Below are positions 1 to 12,947 of a DNA stretch of 64,000 nt, piece after piece. Below the pieces are notes generated by a model. It was not told the DNA's origin. It was given only the letters and a program-made list of their open reading frames with translations, and did no database searches. The position numbers were made by a program, and so were the translations under genes. The stretch's first letter is position 1. Each line of letters opens with the position of its first letter. Origin of the DNA: Eledone cirrhosa (taxonomy: Eukaryota); contig OZ024741.1 in assembly GCA_964016885.1 (NCBI GenBank), forward strand, positions 278,566,001-278,630,000, written 5' to 3'.

Positions 1-1014
1 TACACATTTAGTAAAGGTGTATGGTTTAGTTGAATTGAATGTGTAATTATCAGGTTGCAAGTTCGATTCCTGGGCTGGGTGATGCATTATATCTTTGAGC
101 AAGACACTTTATTTCACATTGCTCTTTCTGCCAGGAGTTGCAACCAGTAGATAGTATTAGCCATAGAAAGACCAATGGTAATATTGTTTCCTTGGTCCAG
201 TTTCACAAGTTACACCATACTCAGTAAGTGACCGGTAGATAGTATCAGCAATAGAAAGACTAATGATAACATTGTTTCCTTAGTCTGATCTAATGAGTTC
301 CACCCAACTGGGTAAGTGAATGCGGTCTGGGATCTTGTCAATCGTCTTAAAAAAAACAAAAAAAAAAACACATTTAACTTAAGTTTAGTCAAAAGTAATT
401 ATCTTCTCTATACTATATTACCACCTATTAACTCTTAACAGTCTCTCATGATTTAGCAGAAAATACCTAAAAAGAGATTTGTTAATTCAAATGTTTACAA
501 TAGCTTTACTAGTTGACAGATCATTGTGAAATTTTGCAATATTAGAAAAAAAAAAATTCAATTTTTTATATTTTTAATCTGATGCAGTTGTAGTGCAGTT
601 TTGTACTTTTCAAGAATGGTTTTCTAATGCAGTTTCCATAATCCTTTAAGTGCTTAGGGCCTCACAATGACTTAATAAGTCCTTGGGAAGAAGATGCAGG
701 ATTAGGGTACTGTGCTACTTACTGATTCATATATGTAATGACTAGTAGATCAAACAGACTTGACTCCACAGGGAACCCTGGAATCTATTTTTATAGGAAA
801 GATACTTCATATATTATTACATTACAATAATGGTTTCTGATTTAGGCACAAGGCCAGCAATTTTTGGGAAAGGGTAAAGTTGATTAAATCATCCCCAGAT
901 CTCATAATAATACAAGATGGCACATACCATAGGAAGAGGCATGACCAAGCAGCAACATAAACAGCAGCCCAAAGAATGGATATTCTGAAGGTTTAGTGAA
1001 GTTAAACACTGTAA

Positions 1015-1432
1015 TAATTGTTTCTACATTTAGCATAAGGCCAGTAATTTGAAGGGAAGGGGTAAAGTCGATTAAATTGACTCCAGTGCATTACTGGTAC
1101 TTTATTTTATCAACCACATAAGGATGAAAGGCAAAGCTAAGTGCGACAGAATTGGAACTTAGAATGTAAAGGGATGTAACTACATGCTGCAAAGCGTGTT
1201 GTTCGAAGCTCTAATGTAATAATAAGGGTGCCAATCCATTGCCCCTTATTAGGGAGTATCAGTAGAGCATCAGACACCATGCTTGGCAGCATAGAGTTAT
1301 GGCCCTTTGCATTCTGAGTTCAAATCCTGCCAAAGTTAGCTTTGCCTTTCATCCTTACGGGGTTGATAAAATAAAGCACCAGTAATGCACTGGGATAATT
1401 GCTGACCTTGTGCAAAAGTAGAAACAATTATT
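1015..1432. mobile_element. Head-to-head pair of tRNA-derived SINEs with Deu/Nin-like domain
   Basis: gagttcaaatcc B box; tttgcctttcatccttacggggt(c/t)gataaaataaag(t/c)accag core; ATT tail. Confidence 0.75.
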
Positions 1433-1495
1433 ACATTACAATAATAAAACTGTTTATACTCTGAATATTTATATAGTAATTTTTTTTGTTTATAG

Positions 1496-1733
1496 ACTTG
1501 CAAAAGCTAAAGAAGAGCTGGCCATTGTAATGGATAACCTGAAAGTACACCAGGATGCTTTAGCTACAGTTGAGGCCCATATTGCTTCACTGCAGAAAAC
1601 GTATGGTGAGAGTGTAGATGAGAAAGAAAGACTTGAGCGTAAGATCACACAGACAGCCGTTAGATTGAAACGAGCAACTAAATTAACGAAGGCTCTTGCA
1701 GACAAACATGATAAATGGAAAGAAACAGTTTTA
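1496..1733 (+). CDS. DNAH6: Axonemal dynein heavy chain (DNAH6-like), exon; stalk coiled-coil CC2
   Basis: tttgtttatAG acceptor and GTAAG donor; LAKAKEELAIVMDNLK...RLKRATKLTKALADKHDKWKETVL; phase-0 end joins the next exon. Confidence 0.88.
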
Positions 1734-1849
1734 GTAAGGAAAATTATTCAAAATGATATTGCTTTATTTAGAAGAATAAGAATTTTGATTCTTTGTTAAG
1801 CTGAAATCATAAAAATTAGTAGATAAAGTAATTCTGTGATATATATATA

Positions 1850-2274
1850 TCATCATCATCAACGTTTTACGTCCATTCTTCCACGCTAGCATGGGTTAGA
1901 CGGGTTGTCCTGTTGTGGGCAATGCCAGGTCAGGTGACCATGCCTTGCTCATACAGGAACTGATTCTGGCTTCCTAACTGATTCTGCCCTTCCTAACACC
2001 AACCTCATTTACAATGAGTGCTGGGTGCTTTTTTCCATGGCGCCTACATGTCCACTTTACAGTGTGGGCTTGGTGCTTTTTTGCACCTCCACGACCACTT
2101 TGCAGTGGAATGATAGGGACCCCAGTCCTATCATCTCATTTCTACAGCTGAGTAAACTGGAGCAATGTGAAATAAAGTGTCTTGCTCAAGGAAACAAGAC
2201 ATCACTCGGTCCGAGAATTGAACTCACAACCTTTCGATTGCAAGCCCAATGCTCTAACCACTAAGCCATGCGCC

Positions 2275-2276
<2 letters not shown>
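1850..2276 (-). mobile_element. tRNA-derived CORE-like SINE with RTE-type (GAT)n tail
   Basis: Minus strand: A box tggcttagtggttagagc, B box gagttcaattc, ccttgagcaagacactt core, tail catgctagcgtggaag..gacgt..(gat)n. Confidence 0.85.
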
Positions 2277-2321
<45 letters not shown>

Positions 2322-2547
2322 TAGTAAAAAGGAAAAGAAAATGCTGACAAATTTTTCCCAGTGAAAAATAGTTTAATTAGGAATAAGTATAAATTAGTAA
2401 TAAGTATTGGTTAGTATTCAGTTTTAGTTTTAAGTTTTTACCGGTTGCACATTTCTAATGCTTTTCAAAAATAATTTTGAGATAGAGCGCTCGTGATGTT
2501 TGCTCTAATCTGGTTAATATATATATATATATTAACCAGATTAGAGC

Positions 2548-2584
<37 letters not shown>

Positions 2585-2766
2585 ATGATGATGATACTAT
2601 TTATAGTTATGTATATATTATAGTATAAACAAATACTAAACAAGAAAGGTAAGTAATTTATTACTACCTTATTACCAGTAAGAGAAATAGCTCAATGTAA
2701 GAACATCAGGTGTTTTACAGCAGGAATATAAATTACACAAGTATCAAAGTTATGTTCCAATCATTT

Positions 2767-2818
2767 AATCACTGACAATTGTTTCTTCCAAACTTTAGTT
2801 TGGAATCATCAGAACATT
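2767..2818 (-). ncRNA. Minimal type-I hammerhead ribozyme (antisense copy)
   Basis: Minus strand reads aatgtt-CTGATGA-ttccaaac(taaa)gtttggaa-GAAA-CAATTG-TC-agtgatt. Confidence 0.8.
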
Positions 2819-3081
2819 ATCAATGTTTGCACATATAATTAACCTCCTATTCAACTGAACAATCATATAGATACATATATATTGATGTTGTGAACAACAG
2901 TTTAGTATTAACGGTGTAATGGATGTGACATATATTATACGAGAATGTACAATTCTTGTATAATATATGTTGCATCCATTACACCCTGTAAATACTAAAC
3001 TGTTGTTCACAACATCAATATATATGTATCTATATGATTGTTCAGCTGAATAGAAGGTTAATTATATGTACAAACATTGAT

Positions 3082-3133
3082 AATGTTCTGATGATTCCAA
3101 ACTAAAGTTTGGAAGAAACAATTGTCAGCGATT
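3082..3133 (+). ncRNA. Minimal type-I hammerhead ribozyme
   Basis: CTGATGA at 3088-3094, 8-bp stem II, GAAA at 3115-3118, palindromic CAATTG stem III, GUC site ending 3126, stem I aatgtt/agc(g)att. Confidence 0.85.
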
Positions 3134-3221
3134 AAATAATTTGAACATAACTTTGATACTTGTGTAATTTATATATATATATGGAATTAGGAATTGGTGC
3201 TCTGAAATAGCAATGCATACA

Positions 3222-3563
3222 TGAATGTATGTATAGTATATTTGGCAATATACCGTATGTTTAATTAAAAACATTTAGAAGATCATACGCTATCAGTTTT
3301 AAAGTAGTGACAATATAACTTGCTTATTTTCGGCGGAAGAAGGGAGAGAGGCTGACAGTCTTCTATAATTTTCAGTGGAAGCAGGGGAGTGCGTAGTTCT
3401 GATGAATGCCAACCAGCATGAAACAGACTGTCAGTCTCTCTCTCTTCTTTCACCGAAAATAAGTAAGTGACATAGTCACTACTTTAAAACTGATAGCATA
3501 TGGTCTTCTAAATGTTTTTAATTAAACATATGGTATATTGCCAAATATACTATACATACATTC

Positions 3564-3565
<2 letters not shown>
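3222..3565. repeat. Inverted repeat, arms about 140 bp, spacer about 65 bp
   Basis: tgaatgtatgtatagtatatttggcaatat... / ...atattgccaaatatactatacatacattca. Confidence 0.88.
3393..3437 (+). ncRNA. Minimal hammerhead ribozyme, second family
   Basis: CTGATGA-ATGC(caacca)GCAT-GAAA-CAGACTG-TC; stem I weak. Confidence 0.65.
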
Positions 3566-3614
<49 letters not shown>

Positions 3615-3874
3615 TGCACACATTATTTATTTGCAGTGAAACTACATACGTGACTCAAAGGCAGAGTTTCAAAGAGGCTAAAGCTCTTTTCAATCACAGC
3701 TTATATATGTATATATTCAATTCAGAGTACACCGTGGATTTTGTGTCTTACATGATTGGACCTGAATAACACATTGAGCTTCAACACACCTTATTAAAAC
3801 ATGAGTGGGTTTATCCACTTTCAATTATTCTCTTCCTTTATATATATATATATAAGTAGTTTAAATGCATTTAA

Positions 3875-3924
3875 ACCGAGCTGATGATCCATTTGAAGTG
3901 AAAAAAATTGTTCTCAGAAATGGT
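3875..3924 (+). ncRNA. Degenerate hammerhead-like motif
   Basis: accgag-CTGATGA...GAAA-aaaattg-tt-ctc...ggt; stems II and III eroded. Confidence 0.4.
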
Positions 3925-4939
3925 ATATTAACTGTTGTGGAACTACTACTGCCAAACTCGCCCAATGGACTGAGTGCTCTACTACTGCAGATATAACCCA
4001 CCAGTTTTCTATCACTATCATCATCAGCATCATCCTCATCATCGTTTAACGTCCATCTTCCACGCTAGCATGGGTTGCACGGTTTTGTCCCACTTGAGGC
4101 GAGATTGGTCGGGAGACCGTGTCTCGCTCGTACAGAACTGTATCCAGCAGGTTTGCTACGTCTGGATGCCCTTCCTAACACCAACCACATTTACAGTGTG
4201 GACTGAGAGCCTTTTTACCATGTCTCCTATACGACCACTTTACAGTGTGGACTGGGTGTTTTTTGTCGTGTCACCTACCTTTACAGTGGACGGAAATGGG
4301 AGGGTGGAGTAAGGGGTGTGTGGAGTGCATATTGGGTTAAGAAGAGCCTACTGATTGTAGGTATAATTTTGTATGCATGGGAAGGCGGGTCTTCTGTATA
4401 TATATGGATTACCTAATGAGCCATCTGAAAACCTTGTGTAATGGATTGTATATCATGACATAAACATTTCACCACAGAAATACGTATTATGGCTAACTAC
4501 ATAATTAAAGATGTTATGAAATCTAGCCCTTGTATTGTAATATATATATATATATGAGGGGTGTATATGAAAGCATATACTGTATATAATGTGGAAAGTG
4601 ATATAAGGTTAAACAATGTAAAATGGATGGTAAGATGAAGGTAACAAAAAAGTTAGTTACCTGGTAATCTTTGTCTTTTTTTGTTGTTGCTGTTGTGTCT
4701 TTCATCCTGATATTTTGGAACTTAAAATCCTCTTCTTCAGAGTATAATGAATTCTCAGAGAAAAATGTTCCAGTTTCTTCTATATTGTATATATCATAAA
4801 CATATGAGAGCCTCGCTTTCAAAGAAAAAATATTTTTTCATTGTGAAAAATTATTTTTCTCTCTTTTATTATTCTAATGGTTTCAGTCTTTGGAATCCAC
4901 TCTTGCTGGAGGAAACGCTTAATTCATTCTTCTTTCAGT

Positions 4940-5830
4940 GTTGTTGTAGTTTTATGACTAGAAGTTAGTCTCTAATAGAATTTGTAGTAGCTGATCTTCC
5001 TTGAGTAGTTGGCTGGTCCAGTATCGGGGTTAAGAGTTCATCCAATGTTTTTCTGAATATATCAATAGAGGTCCCTTTTTATATTTCTGATTTCTTTAGG
5101 TAAGTAGTTGAACATTAAGGTCCTCTAAATATCAGACTGATATATTAGAGTGTTTTTGAAGATGGTATATTTGGAAGCCGGCAGTATCTACCAGTTTGTG
5201 CATTATAATTCTCTTTAATTTCAAAGTCTGGAACATGACCATCTTGCATCTTCCATACGTATATAACAGTATATCTGTCTCTCTTCATTATTCAAGGGTG
5301 TAGAGTCACAGAACTTTCAGATGTTTCCAGTAATTAAGACCATTCACCAAAGTTATCTTATTAGTAACCCTTCAACTTCTATGAGACCAGGTGTGTTTGT
5401 AGAACAATGCTGTGAACAGTTATCTAATCTGCAGAACTAAGGTTTTCCATAGAATTAGCAGAACTACTGGTTCTCTTGTTATGAAGGTTCTTAGGATCTC
5501 TCCTATGAGATGTCTGCATTTAGAGGTCAGTTTGGTGATGATGTGTTTGATGAAAAATGCATTATTTGACATCATTACCCTGAGTCCCATATGTCATTAG
5601 CGCTTTGAATCATTGATATCTGGGGTCAAATAATATGTGTCATGTATGTCCTCTTCATAATGAAGAACCTAAAACTTTGATATATTGAATTTCATATTAT
5701 TTTCATCTGCCCATCAATGATGTTTAGCTCATTTTAGAGTGTGACAGCATCTGAAGTTTGGATAGCCATCAATGTTATTGTGTCATCAGCAAAACTTGTT
5801 AGGTTGGCTGAGTGCATCTGTGAGCTTTTA
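4940..5830 (-). mobile_element. Highly degraded LINE (CR1-like RT 3' part)
   Basis: Minus-strand SFADDT motif near 5780-5797; broken frames. Confidence 0.5.
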
Positions 5831-6411
5831 CCTGATATCATCCTCATCATTATTAACATTCATTTTCCATGCTAGCATGAGTTAGATGAGTTGTCCTATT
5901 GTGAGACTAGTCATATCAGGTGACCTTGTCTCACTCCTACAGAACTGTTTCTGGCTTGGTGTCACCGGCGCAACCATCTTACAGTGTGGACCAAGTGCTG
6001 TTTATCATGTCACCAACACAATCACTTTACAGTATGTGCTGGAGGCTTTTCCTTATGTCACCAACATGACCACCTTAGTGGGTGGTCTGGATAATTTTTG
6101 TCATGACACCATAATGACTACATCACAGGGTTGAGTGGGTGCTTTTTGTTATCTCACCAGCACGATCACCTTATAGAGTTGACTGGATGCTTTTTTTGTC
6201 ATGTCACCAGCATGAGCATCTTACATGGTTGACTAGGGGCATTTGTGATGTCACCAGCATGACCACCTTACAGAGTTGACTAAGAGTTTTTAGCCATTTC
6301 AGCAGCATTGAGGGCGAGCATATCCAGCTTTCCATGCTTCATATATAAATACTATATAATACATATAAATATATTTGTTTATATTTGTGTATTTGTATTC
6401 ATTCTTTTCAG

Positions 6412-6714
6412 GAATTTGATGAGCTGTTAGACCACATCGCTGGTGATGTTTTGATTGCTGCTGGCAGTGTTGCGTATTATGGTGCTTTCACAAGTGTTTA
6501 TCGCCGGGAGCTCGTTCAAATTTGGATTCAGAAATGTTTTCAACTTCAAATCCCTATTTCTCAAAAATTCTCACTGGTTAATACATTATCAAATTCTTAC
6601 CAAATCCGTGAGTGGAATTCTGATGGACTACCAAGGGATGAAGTATCTATTGACAATGCAATAGTCGTTATATACAGTCGGCGTTGGCCTTTAATGATTG
6701 ATCCACAAGAACAA
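6412..6714 (+). CDS. DNAH6: Dynein heavy chain exon (end of stalk to start of AAA5)
   Basis: ttttcAG/GTAATT; GDVLIAAGSVAYYGAFT, GLPRDEVSIDNAI and RRWPLMIDPQEQ are canonical dynein motifs. Confidence 0.95.
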
Positions 6715-7038
6715 GTAATTATATCTATCAGGATCTTTTCATTTTTAATTTGGGATTTCAAAAATTCATTGACTTTTTTTTTTCTTCCATTCTCATGATT
6801 TCAATTTAACTCTTCTCCAACTTTCTTTTCAACTCTTTCTCTCTCTCCCCCTCTCTCTCTCTCACTCTCACTCTCTCTCTTTCTCTATATATCTATTGAT
6901 TTATGTCACACACATACACATTCTCTGTCTCTCTTTTTCTTTCTCTCTATCAATTTATCTCTCTCTTTCACACACATACACTCATGTTATCATCATCATC
7001 ATGTTATATTCTATTATATTATATTATATTACATTACA

Positions 7039-7780
7039 TTAGGTTGTTCCAAAAATAATGGCCGATTTCAGAAACAATTTTATTCTGGAAAACTTAACAA
7101 CAGAAATGCTTTGATTAGTCAAAGTATGAGCCGTGAAGATCTATGCATCTCTGCCTATTGACTATTCGGTCAAGAAAAGGATCATTGGTGTTTCGCAGAA
7201 AGAGCATCGAGCACACTTCAAAACGCCAAACTTTTTGATGTTCATTGAGCTCATGTGGTACCCATTTATCGAGCTTTTTCACCTTACCAATCTTCTGCAG
7301 ATGGCGTGAGACCATTGCAATACCGACACCAAGTGCCTGAGACATTTCTCTGACACTTTGACGTGGGTTTTGTTCAACAATTACTCTCAATTGTTCATTG
7401 TCAAGACTGCATGACCATCCTCTACCTTCTTCATCTTCAAGGCTCTCATCACCACTACAGAATTTCTGAAACCACCTTCGTACTGTGCGATCACTTGTGG
7501 AACCCTTTCCCCATGCTCTGTTGATATTATTGGCAGCTGTTTGGGAGGCATTGTGCCCAAGCAAGAAAAGTAAGCGAAGGTCCTTTTTTATCATGTTCAT
7601 AATTAAGGGCGCCTATGCTTCAAGAATGTTTTCTGTCTGAAATAAGTAGAAAATTATTAAAGAGCATACATCAATTATTAAGTATGTCGAAATTCACCTA
7701 AAATATAATTAAAATACTATGATAAAATTGCATTCCAAAACACAACACTTAGAGCAGCCATTATTTTTGGAACAACCTAA
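7039..7780 (-). mobile_element. Internally deleted mariner element
   Basis: TIRs TTAGGTTGTTCCAAAAATAATGGC at both ends; ORF 7115-7600 has the HTH and WVPHEL motif but lacks the catalytic DD34D part. Confidence 0.92.
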
Positions 7781-7869
7781 TATTATTTTATGTTATAATA
7801 TATTATATTATATTAAGTTATATTATATTATATTAAGTTATATTATGTTAAGTTATATTATATTTACTG

Positions 7870-9395
7870 TTGAAAACCAAAACATACCATCTCCACCACC
7901 ACTGACATCAAATTCTATAACAACTATGGAATTTACACCTGCAATGCTGAGACGTCACCTTAAGAATAAGCGCAACTGTGCCTCACCTGGTCTTGATGGT
8001 GTTACGTACCTGCTTCTCAAATGTGGAGGGTACTTTCTTCTGCACCAGCTTTCACTCTTCTTTCAATTCTGTCTTAACAACGGTGTTAGTCCTGAGCAGT
8101 GGAAAACTGCCAGTGCCGTTCCTTTGTACAAAAAGGGTGATTACACGTCACCTGTTAACTATCTTCAATGAGTTGAAGGCATTACCCAGATCACTGATGG
8201 CAGCTCATGGGTGGATGTTGTTTATCTTGATTTTGTTAAAGCTTTTAATGCTCTGCCACACAAAAGACTTATAGCAAAACTCTCTGCAATGAGTGTATGC
8301 GATGATCTTTACAACTGGTTGAAGTACTTCATTCTCAGTCGAAAAGAGGTAGTCACGGTTCTAGGATAGAATTCTTCACCATATGAGATGTCATCTTGTA
8401 CTGCATGGATCTGTTCTTGGTCCCCTTTTATTTGTTGCATACATTAATGACCTAGAAGATAACTTAAAGAAGCCACAGTGCTGAAATATGCAGATGACAT
8501 CAAACTCTACCTTGAGATAAAAATGCAGCAATGGATAACAGACTGGCAACTCAAGCTGGCTGTGGACAAGTGTACCACCATGCACTTTGGGAGGGAAAAC
8601 GCAGGGTCCACACACTCCCCCTACAACACTAATCTCAAGAAGTCTTCTTGTGAACGTGACCTGAACATTACTGTCAGCAACGATTTGCATTGGACAAAGC
8701 ACATCTCTAAAATTGTCAAGAAAGCCGAGGGTGTCTTGGCATCATTCAGTAAGACCTTTGTCAGCTGCTCTCCAGCTATCTATTTAAAGCTGTATATAGC
8801 TATGGTGCAGCCACACTTAGAATTTGTGTTTGGAACCCCTATCTTGCTCAGAATATTGACCTCCTGGAAACTGTTCAGAGATCTGCAGCCAAGCGAATAC
8901 CCTCCATAAGGCATCTACCATACTCTGAACGCCTTGCTTCCCTGGGCATGGATACATTGGAGCTCCAACATCTAGTAACTCACTTGGTAAACACCCCCAA
9001 AATTATTAACCATCTTGCCAACAACAACCCTGAGTACCTTTTTGAAGTCCATGTGTCTAACACCTGTGGGCATGCCTTCAAAGTCAGAAAACAGCACAGC
9101 TCCCATAACTTTTGGAAACATCTTTTCATGCTGAAGCATGGAAGAAACTACCTGCATCAGTTGTTAGCTGCCGGGACACTGCATCTTTCAAAACCGCCAT
9201 GCTTCCTGAAATTCGCCAACACTACACGTGATATTCCGCCTCCATACACATGCACGCCTGTATTTGTGTGTATATCATGACTCATACACTCTTCACTTTC
9301 CTGACATTTGTACATTATTCTATGTACTATACATGCACCTTTGATGAGTTGTATTGCACCTGAGCATGGTACACAATAATTTCATTATTATTATT
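7870..9395 (+). mobile_element. CR1-like LINE 3' fragment, frameshifted
   Basis: SPGLDG, PLYKKGD, YLDFxKAF, GSVLGPLLF, KYADD; (TTA)n tail. Confidence 0.85.
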
Positions 9396-9449
9396 ATATT
9401 ATGTTATATTACATTATATTACACTATATTATGTTATATTATATTATAG

Positions 9450-9635
9450 GCTAACATGTGGATTAAGAAAAAAGAAGCTAAATATAACCTTGCCATAGTA
9501 AAACCTACTGATATCAATCTTATGAGAACTCTTGAGAATTGTATCCGTATTGGAAGACCCGTTTTATTGGAAGATGTTGGAGAAGTTTTAGATCCATCTC
9601 TTGAACCGATTCTATGTAAGCAGACATATATAAAG
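9450..9635 (+). CDS. DNAH6: Dynein heavy chain exon (AAA5)
   Basis: tatAG/GTAATT; ANMWIKKKE...[28 protein letters not shown]. Confidence 0.95.
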
Positions 9636-10344
9636 GTAATTTGACTACACATAGCAAATTTAAATATTAAGTGTTTTAAGACATGTAACATCAACTCATC
9701 ATCATCATAGACCCCCAAGGGTCCATGGTTGCCTTCTATAATTTCCTTCAAGCTGTTGCATAGGTTTCATAGGGCAAAATCCATGGTAGGGCCCATCTCC
9801 TTTCTAGGTGTGGATGGCCGTTGGCTCACTTAGAGTTCATTCGGCTTTTGTCAGGTCTTGTTTTTTATTCCACACACCCTCCTTACCTGACAAGTCATAG
9901 CCAGGTGGAGAAGCTGGTTTAGTCACCGACCACTCGACCATGATACAGGCTGTAATGGTTTACATGGTATGAGTAGCATAAGACATAATGTAAGAAATAC
10001 TCAAGCCAATATGTAAAATTATTTTGTGCCTGATAGTTGAGTAATCCTCTGTCAGTTCCGCATACAATCTCTTTAGTCTCAGAGGGCCTGTGAAAACCAT
10101 CGGCACTGCCATTTCCTTCAAACATATGTAAAAAAATGAAAACAATCAAACAAAACTGTATAATTGCAATTAAAATGCTTTTGCAATCTATCTTTCATAA
10201 CAAATATATATTTTTTTCTTTCATATTGAGCCTTCCATATGTTTATTGTACATAAACACACCATATATGTTTCCATATACACCCCTATTATGCATGACTC
10301 TGTCTTAGTGCTACTGCCAATCTTTGTTAAATATTTTTCTTTAG

Positions 10345-10517
10345 TCAGGTCGGCTGATGATACGTCTTGGTGATACTGAACTTGACTACAGTAACGAATT
10401 TAGGCTATTCATGACAACAAAATTCGCCAATCCTCATTATCTTCCTGATATTTGTATTAAAGTAACAATTGTTAATTTTACTGTCACAAGGACAGGCTTA
10501 GGAGATCAAGTCCTTAG
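10345..10517 (+). CDS. DNAH6: Dynein heavy chain exon (AAA5); absent from the ORF track
   Basis: ttttctttAG/GTAAG; SGRLMIRLGDTELDYSNEFRLFMTTKFANPHYLPDICIKVTIVNFTVTRTGLGDQVL; phase 2. Confidence 0.93.
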
Positions 10518-12947
10518 GTAAGAATTTCAACTTTTTTCTTGACCACATTTTTTATTCAGCTGGCCATCATCATCATCATCACTGTTTAACATATATTTTC
10601 TCTGCTTGCATGGGTTAAACAGTCTGTCATGTATTAAGGCTAGACTGGTTAGGTGACTACGTCTTGCTGGTGGGCAGACAGCCAGAACAAATACCACAAG
10701 GCATTTTAATCTGTACTCTAACAACTTTGCCAATTTACTATCTTCCTCTGCCAGTTATTATTAAGAAGAAACCAGTGTTCAGAGGAAACCACCCAAGGAA
10801 ATAACATCATTCATATAACTTATGGAAACTGGTATGTCCAGAGGCAACCAACACATTTAAATATTGGGAATTCACAGAATCAGTCAAGATTCCAGACCTC
10901 ATTCACTTATCAAGATATACTAAATTGTCATCACCATCACTACCTTCATCATTGCCATCATAATCATCACCATCACTACTTTCATCATTACCATCATAAT
11001 CATCACCATCAATAACAACTACAAAATTTTCATGGGGGGTTCCATATTGACAAGAGTTGGATGGGTTTGCTATACAAAATATATCACCACATATTAATCT
11101 TTTGTTGTTATACGTGAGGCAAAACATCCTGAAATCTTACTTCATTACTTCTCTTGTTTCTGTAGCTTCCTTATATCAAATCAATTGACAAGATCCCAGA
11201 CTTCATTTGCTTACCGAGTGGGGTGGAACTGTCTAATCTGACCAAGGAAACAATGTTTTCTTTGCTGTTACTATCTACTGGTCACAACTCCTGGCAGCAA
11301 GAGCAGTGTGAAATAAAGTGCCTTGCTCAAGGACATAACGCATTGCCTGGACTTGCAACTTCACAATTGCAAATCCAAATTTTCTAACTGCAAAGCCATG
11401 CATCTTCATTAAATATTGGTTTATTCCTTTGATCATTGATGATCACCATGTGTTTGTTATGTGAAAAGACATTTGGAAATGATGCAATGAAGTTTTTGTA
11501 GATGAAAACCACCATGAGATGATGCATTAACTCTTTTGATAACAACCTGGCTCTTGTTCTATGAAATAGAACACCCTTATTTTAAAGGGTTCCTATTGAA
11601 ATTAAAATCTTTCAACAAAATTTTATATAAGAACCATATGAAGAGGCTTATGTTAAATTACTTAATATCTTTCAATCCAATCCAGGGCTTTCACACTCCT
11701 GTTGGAGGAGCCCTTCTCTAGTTGACATCTACTACTTTCTGTTTGGTTTTTGTCATGTCATGGATGTAGCCATACTCGTCACGCTTGTGTTTCTTGTGCT
11801 GTTCAACTTACTCCCCTTTCCACTAGACTATGAAGCAGGTTGTACTAGGTTACATGGTACCGGTAGAGGGCAGAAATAATGAAATAATCTATAGTTTTAG
11901 TAACTCCCTCAAAATTCTTTATTAATTGACTAATTGAAATAGAATATATAATTCATCAGAAATACAATCAGGAAAGGTTTAAAATAAACAAAATCATCAT
12001 CATCATCATCATTTAATGTCCGCTTTCCCTTCTAGCAAGGATTGGGCGGGTCTACACTTACTAAGTCAGTACTGAAGCAGAGCCACTGACATCCAAGACA
12101 GGTCGAGGAGGTCTGTATCTCATTTACATACGGTCATTATTGAGTGCAGTGGAGAAGTTGTTATATCTTTTGACACAAACGGTTTAATATACTGAATAAG
12201 AGGCTTGAAAAGTGATCCAATCATCATCTCATCTATAAAAGAGAGAAGAAATTTTCTTACAATGTATCAACTAAAAGGAATTTCCATATACAATTGCAGA
12301 AGATATTATATCAGCTGTAATGGAAGTCATAGAAGCTGATAAAAAAAAGATTTTGAACTTATTCCTGAGGTTATTCCTAGGAATAAGAAAGAATACAGTA
12401 AAATGCTGTATTTATTAGTCTGCAGTTGTTGAAAAGAATATGACTTCACAACTTCAATATTGTATGTATCCAGCTGGACAGGTCATTTACAAGTTTTAAT
12501 ATTCTCATTATCTGTCTAAATTACTGCAATGCCAGTAACAAAAAAAGAAAAAAAATGCCTTGTTGATGAATTTTTCTTTGCAAAATAGCTTAAATCCGAA
12601 ACAATTTTCGTTTTTTTTTTTGTTTTTGTTTTGAGGAGATGGGAATATTTTGGGAAAAAGTACCATACCATGTAACAATACTATGATAATTGTTTCTATC
12701 AAACGAATGATGGCATTGAATTGGACAATGGATTAAGTCAACTAATGATGTAGGTCAAAGTGAAATAGGAACTTAGAATGTACAGATCCAAAATTCTTCA
12801 GTAAGAAATAATAATAAACTCACAATTTTAAATAAAAGAGAAAAGAAAGAAAAAGCAGAAAAGAGATGGAAAGCGACAGGTGATGACTATATAGAAAAGA
12901 ATGACGGGTGGGGTAGGAGGCATACACACAAACAGTGCAATATATAT

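Larger units (their letters stand above)
2726..3172. repeat. Near-perfect palindrome of about 450 bp, centred near 2949
   Basis: Arms ataaattacacaagtatcaaag... and ...ctttgatacttgtgtaatttat; almost no loop. Confidence 0.92.
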
